Shown here piece after piece: positions 10,994-19,452 of a DNA stretch of 64,000 bases. The notes under the pieces were generated by a model. That model was not told the DNA's origin and ran no database searches. It worked only from the letters and a program-made list of their open reading frames with translations. The stretch is from positions 411,752-475,751 of the forward strand of contig CAVYRH010000019.1 in NCBI GenBank assembly GCA_963770835.1. The letters run 5' to 3'. Origin of the DNA: an uncultured Pseudomonadota bacterium. Lineage in GTDB: Bacteria > Oederibacteriota > Muellerivitia > Muellerivitales > Muellerivitaceae. A program made the position numbers and the translations under genes. Position 1 is the first letter of the stretch; each line of letters opens with the position of its first letter.

Positions 10994-11896
10994 TCAAGGT
11001 GAAATGAAGGTTGATGCGTTGGTATCGTGAGCCATAGGTGCTGGTGGCGTATTGCCTACGTACCACCCCGAAACCGCAATATTTTGATGGCCTATCACTA
11101 CTCCACTTGTGCCAACGTTCATTAGATAATTTTGCCCAGAGGCGACGAGAACCTCACTTGGAGCTTCGACGTTTTCTGGATCGTTTTCAAAGGGATTACT
11201 TAAATGATCCTGCAAATAATTTTGCCAACAATCATTTAAAAACTTAACCGTATCCACCCAAGCGTTATTCAGCAATTCATGAGCCTTAATAAAATCCTTT
11301 CTAACCTTTTCGGCTTTTTCTTGGGAATCAATTTTTCTCCAATCGTAATAATCCGTCTCTTTTCCAATCATCGGGACGTACAAGACGCTATCAATAATCA
11401 TGGTTGGCATTAGATGACTGTGGGCTAAAAAATTTCTGTACCAACGCATGCTCTTAATATGATCCGGGTATATCCTCCCTTTTTCCCACGCATTTATTAA
11501 TTCTCCTCCAATGCTTCTGCCTTTCCAGGGTTCGTATTTGGTGGGCTCGGATATCCTCTGGATGAGTTCAAACGCAACATCTTGTGCGCTGAACAACCGC
11601 AAAAACCCTTCCAATAAATTATCGAAGTTGAACTTGCTTTTATCAGCTAAAAGATCGTAAACATAAGCCAAGTGCCGAAGTACCGTGTAATGCAATTGAG
11701 CATATTGGACTTCGCGGTCACCCTTGCCATCTTTTAATAATTCCTGTTCGGATTTTAAGTGGATATTTGAAGGCCTATTTGTCATAGGAACAATAAACTT
11801 GGCCCAGAACCGCTCATAATTTGGAAACAATGTTTTGATAAATTTGTTCCAATAGAATTTCTCAAAGTCGTCGCCTTCGGTTATTAGTCGAGCCAT
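10994..11896 (-). CDS. Hypothetical protein, putative HEPN-fold RNase
   Basis: Helical protein with RNFLAH (R-x4-H); low GC; cotranscribed with RES and KAP genes. Confidence 0.5.
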   Translation of the reverse strand: MARLITEGDDFEKFYWNKFIKTLFPNYERFWAKFIVPMTNRPSNIHLKSEQELLKDGKGDREVQYAQLHYTVLRHLAYVYDLLADKSKFNFDNLLEGFLRLFSAQDVAFELIQRISEPTKYEPWKGRSIGGELINAWEKGRIYPDHIKSMRWYRNFLAHSHLMPTMIIDSVLYVPMIGKETDYYDWRKIDSQEKAEKVRKDFIKAHELLNNAWVDTVKFLNDCWQNYLQDHLSNPFENDPENVEAPSEVLVASGQNYLMNVGTSGVVIGHQNIAVSGWYVGNTPPAPMAHDTNASTFISP

Positions 11897-11914
11897 TACT
11901 TCACAGCCTTTTCC

Positions 11915-12838
11915 TTAGAGTTCGTCACAACTTCTCGAATCAAGCCTGATCCGAGTTACTCCAGGGGGAGCTTGATCTTTCAGTTGAACGAAAGAATCCG
12001 TCCCGGCGAAGTTCTGAGGAAATACGGCCAAACAATCCTTGCCCCCATATTTCGATGGATACTTGATGCCTTCAATACCGGCTTCCGAAACCAATTGTCC
12101 AAAAATTTGGCAAGACGCGGGGACATCAACATGCATCGGATAGGCTCTCCAATTTGGGTATAAGAGGGCGCTCATTAACCCCTGGACGGTTTGAACCGCG
12201 TTAACTTCCACCCCTAATTTTCGACCAGCTTTTACTACCGAATCGGTGATTTTGAAGTCCTTTATCAGATTAACAAAACCCTTCAATCTTTCTGGTTGAT
12301 TGAGATCGATGATTGTTCCGAGGGAACCGTAAACCGCTAGAGAAGTTTCAGACGGTTGGGCTGACAACGCTAATTCATCGGAGGATAATCCTCCCCTTCC
12401 TTCGGGTGGGACTTGAAACAATTCTTTCAAAGCGGTGATTTTATCCGACCCTAAATAAAGACACGGGAAAGGAGGGTATTGGGTACGAGAAATTTCGCCA
12501 AAATTAAACCGGCCCCCAGCATCATCCAAAACGCTACCCCGAACCGATAACGGATCGTGGGACCATTTATATTTGACCGAACGGTAATAATTGGAGAATT
12601 CCTCTGGGCCTACGGCGGCTTCTACCAGGGCAGTCTTTAATTGACCGAGAATGTGGGACCGTTGGTAGGCCATCTGATTAAACCAGTCCCAATAGAGCCG
12701 TATAAACTCTTCCTGACCTCTTTTCCCGTCCAAAACATCTTTTAGCGTAAAAGTGTCTAGATGAATACGAGCGATAAGTTTAGGAACGTTTATACGGCGG
12801 CGGGGATGCCAGTCCCTACTCCGCCTGGACTTTGGCAT
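11915..12838 (-). CDS. RES-domain toxin (NAD+ phosphorylase / mART-like)
   Basis: YYRSV..GGRFN..CLYL...ALKE..GIKYPS motif; antitoxin directly upstream. Confidence 0.85.
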   Translation of the reverse strand: MPKSRRSRDWHPRRRINVPKLIARIHLDTFTLKDVLDGKRGQEEFIRLYWDWFNQMAYQRSHILGQLKTALVEAAVGPEEFSNYYRSVKYKWSHDPLSVRGSVLDDAGGRFNFGEISRTQYPPFPCLYLGSDKITALKELFQVPPEGRGGLSSDELALSAQPSETSLAVYGSLGTIIDLNQPERLKGFVNLIKDFKITDSVVKAGRKLGVEVNAVQTVQGLMSALLYPNWRAYPMHVDVPASCQIFGQLVSEAGIEGIKYPSKYGGKDCLAVFPQNFAGTDSFVQLKDQAPPGVTRIRLDSRSCDEL

Positions 12839-12840
12839 GG

Positions 12841-13230
12841 TTAACCCGCCCGGCGGTTTTCGGACAGCGAATTCATCACGAAAGAAATAAGTTTCTTATA
12901 ACGTCCGATGCGGATCATGTCACGGGGCGATATTTCGCCAAGAAGTGGATTTGGAACTTTAAACCATATTGCGGTTTTATTGGCATCCCCACGAAAGTAA
13001 CCTGCCACAAGGTTAAAAAGATTCGCCCATTCAATAATCCTCTGGCGCAATTCTTTTGGGATCTTCTCATCGTACCTGACAGAGGCTAGTGGTACGTCAG
13101 CGGCACGCGCAACATCTTTGCTTTCCAAATCGGCAAATTTTATGACTTTTTGGAAATTAAGCTTAGACCCCTCAAAGAAATCCAAGTAATCCTTTTCATG
13201 CACATTATCAAACAAAGTAGAACGTTTCAT
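12841..13230 (-). CDS. Xre/MbcA/ParS-type antitoxin
   Basis: C-terminal WFKVPNPLLGEISPRDMI motif; RBS GGAGG before ATG at 13230. Confidence 0.85.
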   Translation of the reverse strand: MKRSTLFDNVHEKDYLDFFEGSKLNFQKVIKFADLESKDVARAADVPLASVRYDEKIPKELRQRIIEWANLFNLVAGYFRGDANKTAIWFKVPNPLLGEISPRDMIRIGRYKKLISFVMNSLSENRRAG

Positions 13231-13328
13231 GATATCCTCCCGAAAAACAAGGTCCATATTTCTACCATAAATCGACCAGATATTCACCATAGTTCTTTAG
13301 GGGCACAAAATCAATCCGTGTAATGGTG

Positions 13329-13592
13329 TTATTCGTTCGGTTTAAACTCCATCCGATTACCGCCCAAAGCCTTCACGATTTTAGCGATATCAACCCACCG
13401 CTGGAAAGCCGCCCGATCAGCCAGGGTCTTCTTGAGTAAACGAACAGGCATCTTTGCCTTTTTTGCGATAGTCTTTAGGCCCTGGCTTTCGACCATATCC
13501 CCAAATGCCTCCTGGAAAAGTTCGGCCTTACCCGAATCCAACCCAACGGTCAGGTACTTAGCCATTAGTTTCCTGCATCCCTTATTTTTCAT
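13329..13592 (-). CDS. Addiction-module antidote-like HTH protein (orphan, degenerate)
   Basis: AKYL...FQEAFGDMVESQGLKTIAKKAKM...IAKIVKALG pattern. Confidence 0.55.
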   Translation of the reverse strand: MKNKGCRKLMAKYLTVGLDSGKAELFQEAFGDMVESQGLKTIAKKAKMPVRLLKKTLADRAAFQRWVDIAKIVKALGGNRMEFKPNE

Positions 13593-13723
13593 TTGCTTGG
13601 CCTTTCCTTGGAACAATTAAGTCCATGTCGATAATCGGATTCTAATGACCTTCGGAAGGCTTTGACAAGTTCCAAGGAAAGAAATCCCATGACGCGAATG
13701 ACAAATCACAGGCGCTCGTGGCT

Positions 13724-15711
13724 GTAGAGTAGAGCACTGGCGCAGTAACCCACAGGAAGACCCTTGTCTGTATCCACCGTTTCCAGTTTCGTGCCCGTTT
13801 AGGGTTCTCCGTAGTCCTGTTTCCAGCGCCCCCTCATCAAACCGTACGTGACCTTTTCGATCATACGGCTTTCCGACAACCTTTATTTCGGCGGCATTCA
13901 AGCTCTTTGGGCTTGGTGGGACAGGAAATAAAGGCCAAGACGTTTGAATTCATCTCCGTTCATAGACCAATTTCGTGCCCGTAAGCCATGCTTATGCTTT
14001 CGGAACAAAACCAGTCTTGTGACCGTATAAGAATCAATATTGGAAAACTGTTTCCAGCTTGTGCCCACTTTGAAGTATTGGGCCCATCCCCTCAATATCG
14101 GGTTCAGGGTTTTCACCAATTCCTCCAATGAGAGCGAGAGCCTCCACCCTTCAGAAGTCACCGCCTTGATCTTCTCGGTAATCTTCTTCATGGCTTTTCG
14201 GCTCGGCCAGCTTCGAACGTATGCCTTCCACCCCTTCTTCCTTGGTTGGCACATCTGATAATGAAAGCCGAGAAAGTCAAAACCGTCCTTCCCTAGGCCC
14301 ATCTCTACCAGCTTCGTCTTTTCCGGGTGTAGTTCCAATCCCATCCGCTCAAGTAGACCCTTGAGCACCTTCAGGCTTTCTTCCGCCTTTTGATGGGTTG
14401 GACATACCACCACGAAGTCGTCCGCATAACGAATCAGTTTCCCTAATTTCTTGTGCCTCTTGTCCCAAATCTTGTCCAGCAGGTGAAGGAATATATTGGA
14501 GAGAAGAGGAGAGATTACCCCTCCCTGAGGTGTGCCTTCTTGGGTCAGCAAAAGCTTCCCCTCTGTTAGCACTTCCGCTTTCAGCCATCCCTCGATCAGC
14601 TTCAAAACTTTCTTGTCACTGATCCTTTGTCGCACCAGCACCATTAATTTGGCGTGATCAATGGAGTCGAAATACTTTCGAATATCTCCATCCACCACAA
14701 ACCGATACCCTCGGTTCACCCATTTCAGAATTTCACCGTGGGCTTGATGGGCTCCGCGCTTGGGCCGAAAGCCGTAAGAACCTTCCAGGAAGTCAGCCTC
14801 AAAGATAGGTTCGACCATCTTCCGGCAGGCCGCCTGCACCACTCGGTCCCGTATGACCGGTATACCTAATGGTCGCTTCCCGCCGTCCGGTTTCGGGATT
14901 TCCACCCGTTTGACTGGTTTTGGCCGATATGTCCCCGCCTTGAGTTCTTCCTGGATTTGCTTGAGAAAGAGTCTTACCCCTTCTTTCTCTATCTTCTCCA
15001 AACTTTCTCCATCCACCCCTCCACGCCCTCGATTCGCCTTGACCTGTTTCCACGCCTCGATGAGTACATCCCCTTGGATGAGCTTGTCGTACAACGCATG
15101 GAAACGCCGGTTCGGGCTTCTCTTGGCCGCTCGATATAGCTCCCTCTGGAAGTGGCGCACTTTGTCTTCTGAGTTATTAGCCTTTTCAGGCATTCCCCAT
15201 GCTCCTCTTCTTTTGGTCGCTTGGTTGAAGCAGGGGCCCTTCCCTCTGGGAAGTTTTGTTGTCTTCCCTTCATCGGTATTACTGCCCCCTCCGACTTCCT
15301 CCTGCCACGTTTCCCCTTCAGTGCCACCTTATAGGAAGCGCTCTTTTAGCAGGTAGGATCTCCCAGGTTGATATATCAGCCTTTCCCACATTCCGTTCCC
15401 TCATACGCCGGAGGATTTGCCCCATCCATTCCCGTTTTACCGGATGGGATTGTTGCCTTCGCCGTAAGACACGCGGCTCGGCCTCCTCTGTAGCCTTTCG
15501 GCGGACACTTCACGACGCGGCAGGATTCACTTCATGTTACGGACTGCGGGATCGTTCCCTTTCTCATCAAAGGTTTATGACCTCGTTTCGGACAAGGCCT
15601 CTCGACCTTGCCACGGAGGCTGACTTCGGGGCCCTCGGGCGGTTACCCCGTCAGGATTTGGCTCATATCAAGCCTCACCTGCTGGCTGCTACACCCTTAT
15701 TCCTGGCACGC
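13724..15711 (-). mobile_element. Group II intron (IIC-like, no endonuclease domain)
   Basis: Domain V AAGCCGTATGA..TCACGTACGGTTT at ~13838-13872; domain VI ending CTCTACTCTAC at 13724; inferred 5' end GCGTGCCAGG at 15711; encodes RT. Confidence 0.85.
13898..15193 (-). CDS. ltrA: Group II intron reverse transcriptase/maturase
   Basis: IPKPDGGKRPLGIP, SYGFRP, GTPQGGVISPLL, RYADDF, FDFLGF, X domain LRGWAQYF. Confidence 0.97.
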   Translation of the reverse strand: MPEKANNSEDKVRHFQRELYRAAKRSPNRRFHALYDKLIQGDVLIEAWKQVKANRGRGGVDGESLEKIEKEGVRLFLKQIQEELKAGTYRPKPVKRVEIPKPDGGKRPLGIPVIRDRVVQAACRKMVEPIFEADFLEGSYGFRPKRGAHQAHGEILKWVNRGYRFVVDGDIRKYFDSIDHAKLMVLVRQRISDKKVLKLIEGWLKAEVLTEGKLLLTQEGTPQGGVISPLLSNIFLHLLDKIWDKRHKKLGKLIRYADDFVVVCPTHQKAEESLKVLKGLLERMGLELHPEKTKLVEMGLGKDGFDFLGFHYQMCQPRKKGWKAYVRSWPSRKAMKKITEKIKAVTSEGWRLSLSLEELVKTLNPILRGWAQYFKVGTSWKQFSNIDSYTVTRLVLFRKHKHGLRARNWSMNGDEFKRLGLYFLSHQAQRA

Positions 15712-15868
15712 TGTCATATTCGTGTCATTGCCGACCATGTTTTACCGTACTTGACCATCCCTGACCGTGCTTGACCGCCACTTCAAAAAAAAAGCCTCTG
15801 CCCACGGGTTTATAAAACCCATATAGGCAAAGGCTTTTAAAATTGTGTCAGGGACATGAAATTTAAAA

Positions 15869-15913
15869 TGGCGGGGTTGACGGGGCTCGAACCCGCGACC
15901 TCCTGCGTGACAG
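15869..15913 (-). other. tRNA-Asp(GTC) 3' half, integrative-element att site
   Basis: Minus strand CTGTCACGCAGGAGGTCGCGGGTTCGAGCCCCGTCAACCCCGCCA; no 5' anticodon stem or D-arm upstream. Confidence 0.85.
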
Positions 15914-16342
15914 AGAGTTGCAAGCTTTTCGCCAACACCGACGGTTGAGTTAGTAAAAAAATTCAGTCCCCAGCATAATTTCAAAGGCCTTTGTTCTCAA
16001 TGGTTTTACGACCGGCGAGGGCAAGGGCCTTTTTTTGTACGCGACGGTCAAGGACACTTTACGACGGTCAAAACTCGATTTTGACGGTCGAGTTTGACAC
16101 GTATATGACACCAGATGTCCCACTGCTTTTCATGAGGTGGGTTGAGAAAACTGACCCACTGCCCAAAACTCAACGGGTCTCAAAAACCATCTGCCTCAAA
16201 CTCAATGGGAGGAAGTTTGATATATATGACACGGCGTAAGGTCCTGCTGTTCTTTGGCATGGGTGGTAAAATTCTTAACGGAACAATAAATTCAGGGTCA
16301 CAAAGAGTAAAATAGGGACTGAAAATTCGGAGGTTCTCCCCA

Positions 16343-17023
16343 ATGCGCTACTATTTTAACATTCTTACTGGCGTTGGCCTTATTCTTACCGGCGCATCTT
16401 TTATATACGCCGGATTGGGCCATATGAATCCCCATGCCTGTAATTGTTACGCTTGGCTTGGAATTTCTATCGGCATCATTTTAATCACCACCGGAATAGT
16501 AGTTAGTTATTTTTCCTTAAACATTAAAATGCTCAACTGGAAATATTGCATTATCCCTTACATCAAAAGCGCTGAATTCTTTTCTTCCAAACGATTAGAA
16601 GAACTAAAAAAGGAATCAAAGGAAGGAAAGTTCGATTGCGACATAACAGAATTTTCAAGATTTGGAATTATGTTTTGCAATGGACTTGGGGTAAGCAAAG
16701 CTTTTGAAAGAAATTTTATTTATGAGCGAATTTTGATTTTGGTTTTTAACACCGTTTATGGAGTTGCTTGCAACGAATATATGAGATTAAAAAAGGAAAA
16801 TAAAAACACGATTGAAGCCTTTATTTACGCATACGAAAGAGGAAACAACTATTTGAAAGAAACAATTTTCGATGATTTGAATGAAATGCTTTCTCTTGAT
16901 GAATTTGATAAAAGGGGATTTAAAAACTACCAAAATTTCGAAAGCGTAAAAAAACAAATGCAAAAAGAAAAAACCGATCTATTTTTAGATGAAGATTTAA
17001 AAAAAGGGAAAGAACTTTTTTAG
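16343..17023 (+). CDS. Hypothetical protein with two N-terminal TM helices
   Basis: RBS GGAGG; low GC; island cargo. Confidence 0.65.
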   Translation: MRYYFNILTGVGLILTGASFIYAGLGHMNPHACNCYAWLGISIGIILITTGIVVSYFSLNIKMLNWKYCIIPYIKSAEFFSSKRLEELKKESKEGKFDCDITEFSRFGIMFCNGLGVSKAFERNFIYERILILVFNTVYGVACNEYMRLKKENKNTIEAFIYAYERGNNYLKETIFDDLNEMLSLDEFDKRGFKNYQNFESVKKQMQKEKTDLFLDEDLKKGKELF

Positions 17024-17455
17024 TGATTTTAAAGTGTTCGTTGAGCCTTAATTACATTCTATTCCGTATGAAGATTTACGTTTATTAAAGATAAACCATC
17101 ACATATAGCATCTATTGTTACTTTGCTACCCGGCTTCAAATTTCTTATTTCCTTCAGATCTTCTTCGCTCGTCGAATTACTAACATCAGCTTGAACTCCA
17201 TTGACACTTTTGTAATTCAGACTATTAATCTCGAATTCCACTGTAGGGGCTCCTAAAATATTTTCGACTTTAGAAACTTTTCCTGTTATGGCGAGTAATT
17301 TTCCTTTGTATTTATCGTCTGCCGCAACTCCATTCAAATCATATTCTTTTGCCAGCATTTGGGCCGTAATGGTTATTGGTTTATCTTGGCCCACGTTTTC
17401 GGCAGATTTATTTTGTGTTGTGATCCCAAAAATATTAAAAAAAACTAATAAAGAA

Positions 17456-18018
17456 ATGAAGCTACTCCCCGGGCTAAAGCCCGGGGTTTCAGCCTTTCAG
17501 CATACTTTGGTCATGCTGTTGCTCCCGGATATACTTGCGAATCATTTCTTCCTGCACCGTACCTATACTTTCCGCAAAATACCCGTCCGCCCAAAAACTA
17601 TCGCCCCAAAGGAACTCCTGCAAAGCTGGAAATTCTTCCCTTATCTTGATACTTGTCCCACCTTTTAGAATCTGTACTACTTTGGCTACACTCACCCTTG
17701 GCTCAACCTGGATCAGCATATGCACGTGATCTCGTTGAATATTTAACTCGTGGATTTCCCATCGGTTTACTTGGGCCGCCTCTTTAAACAGCTCCTGCAG
17801 GCGGACGGCTATTTTGCTATCCAAGACTCGCTTCCGGTACTTCGGTATCCAAACGAGATGAAATTGCAGACGGTGCTTGGTGTGTGCCCCTACCCAGTAT
17901 TTTGACATGACCAAAGCATGCCATATTTTATGGCCTGCGGCCCGACAAAAAACCTGTCGGGCCTCCGGGCAGCCATTCATCCCCAGGCTTAAAAGCCTGG
18001 GGTTTTCTGGCAAGTTTT
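17456..18018 (-). mobile_element. IS200-type insertion sequence (tnpA only), 563 bp
   Basis: Subterminal hairpins CCCCAGGCTTAAAAGCCTGGGG and CCCCGGGCTAAAGCCCGGGG; inserted 3' of TTTAT; right end TTCAT; no duplication. Confidence 0.85.
17489..17908 (-). CDS. tnpA: IS200/IS605 Y1 transposase
   Basis: HLVWIPKYRK, DHVHML (HUH), FWADGYF, YIREQ motifs. Confidence 0.95.
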   Translation of the reverse strand: MSKYWVGAHTKHRLQFHLVWIPKYRKRVLDSKIAVRLQELFKEAAQVNRWEIHELNIQRDHVHMLIQVEPRVSVAKVVQILKGGTSIKIREEFPALQEFLWGDSFWADGYFAESIGTVQEEMIRKYIREQQHDQSMLKG

Positions 18019-18492
18019 ATAAATATTAAGAAGCCTATAAGTAACCATACCCACCATTTTGGCTGTTGAGGTTTACGCGTTTGACTTGGCTTTTCAAATT
18101 TATACGATTGAACGGAGTTTAAAATTAACCTAACTGCCAATCCCAATAAGGTACACCAAAAACCGAATTGAACTGCCAGTTGATTTCTATAGGGACTAAA
18201 AGGCTGAGAAATATTGGCCCCAAGATTCTCCAAAAACCCATTTGATAATAAACTTGGATAGAATTCCCCCAAACAAATGCCACCAACCGCCCCTAAAATC
18301 CCCCATAAAATAATTTTTCTCATAATCCGATCCTTTTTCAATAATCGTAATATTTCGACTTTATTGTGACCGTTCACCGTTTTGACCAGTGGGACAGTTC
18401 TTCCTGATCAATTAAGCCTTTTTAAGTTGTAGTGTTTTGGATTTTTGTTGGTGTTCCCTTCATTTCATCTCCAGCGTGGATTCTTGGTTTCG

Positions 18493-18918
18493 TTAGTGGT
18501 CTGTTGGATGGCTTTCTGTTGGGAGACGCATCTTTACCGCATCAAATACCTGACGGGCCAGACCCATTGCCTCATCCGCTTCTTTCGTTTCAATAATTTC
18601 AACGTCACCTGGATAACGAAATTTCCACGCATATTCAGTTAAGACGGCGGCTTTTCGGAGGATGGGTTCCAAAGTGCCATCAACTTTCGCGCAAGGTTCT
18701 CCGAGTTCGATTAAGTTATGGGTTTTGCGGAAAGGTTGGTCATGCCAGCACAAAAACGCCTTTAAGGATTTTTCTGCTGATTGTTGGGAGTGAAACAAAA
18801 CGTCTTCCAAAAAGGGAGGATCGGCTTGGCGGTCTATTTCTGCACCCCTCAAGTCCTGGGAGGCCTTATGAAGCCAAGCCCTGGTTTCAGCGGCGCGATC
18901 TGCCTCAAGCGGCCCCAT
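18493..18918 (-). CDS. HEPN-domain protein (MNT-HEPN TA toxin)
   Basis: WLHKASQDL..FHSQQSAEKSLKAFL..KTHNL..RYPG. Confidence 0.9.
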   Translation of the reverse strand: MGPLEADRAAETRAWLHKASQDLRGAEIDRQADPPFLEDVLFHSQQSAEKSLKAFLCWHDQPFRKTHNLIELGEPCAKVDGTLEPILRKAAVLTEYAWKFRYPGDVEIIETKEADEAMGLARQVFDAVKMRLPTESHPTDH

Positions 18919-19228
18919 AAAGCAGACGGCCTTCCCTGAGAATTGTAGCGGGCAAGGAAGCTATCACGGCTTTTCGGCTTTCAAAGGCGGTATGGGTCCA
19001 AACCAAAACATCCGCCGCAGTTCCAGTGCCCCAAAGCCTCTCATAAGCCAGGCGGCTACGGCGCAGGGGGGACGGTGCGTTATCGGGAACAACGACCATC
19101 AAATCAAAATCGCTGTCAGGGCCTTGGTCGCCCCTCGCGGTAGAGCCAAAAAGATAAATCCGCTCGGGGTGATAAGCCTCCGCCAAACGGTTCACAATTT
19201 CAGTCAATTTAGAATCAGTTCCCTGCAT
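18905..19228 (-). CDS. Minimal nucleotidyltransferase (MNT) antitoxin
   Basis: IYLFGSTARGD..DSDFDLMVV. Confidence 0.9.
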   Translation of the reverse strand: MQGTDSKLTEIVNRLAEAYHPERIYLFGSTARGDQGPDSDFDLMVVVPDNAPSPLRRSRLAYERLWGTGTAADVLVWTHTAFESRKAVIASLPATILREGRLLYGAA

Positions 19229-19338
19229 TTGGTTGCCCCTTTGAAAAACCATTATACCCACACGAGCCTCATTTTGTCGTTCCCTAGGTTGAAAGGGGTC
19301 GGAGCAGATATCAAAACCGGAAAACCGTTGAAAAACAC

Positions 19339-19383
19339 GGCGGATGAAACAGGATTCGAACCCGCGACCTCCTGCGTGACAGG
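19339..19383 (-). other. Second, degenerate tRNA-Asp 3' fragment (att site)
   Basis: Shares TCGAACCCGCGACCTCCTGCGTGACAG with 15887-15913; 5' half absent. Confidence 0.75.
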
Positions 19384-19452
19384 GAACCGAATCGGCTAAA
19401 AACACAATGGGGTCACGGGTTGGCATCCGGGAATTAGAAACGGGACGTTAAT

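Larger units (their letters stand above)
17059..18323 (-). pseudogene. Membrane protein with a C-terminal tRNA_anti-like OB-fold, interrupted by IS200
   Basis: ITAQMLAKEYDLN.VAADDKYKGK..ITGKV motif; removing 17456-18018 restores the frame (LIFISLLVFF). Confidence 0.75.

Noticed and set aside
13898..15193. Retron, DGR or defence-type RT
   Set aside because: It has a maturase X domain and flanking domain V/VI RNA, so it is a group II intron
15869..15945. Intact tRNA-Asp gene
   Set aside because: Only the anticodon loop to CCA is present; no 5' half
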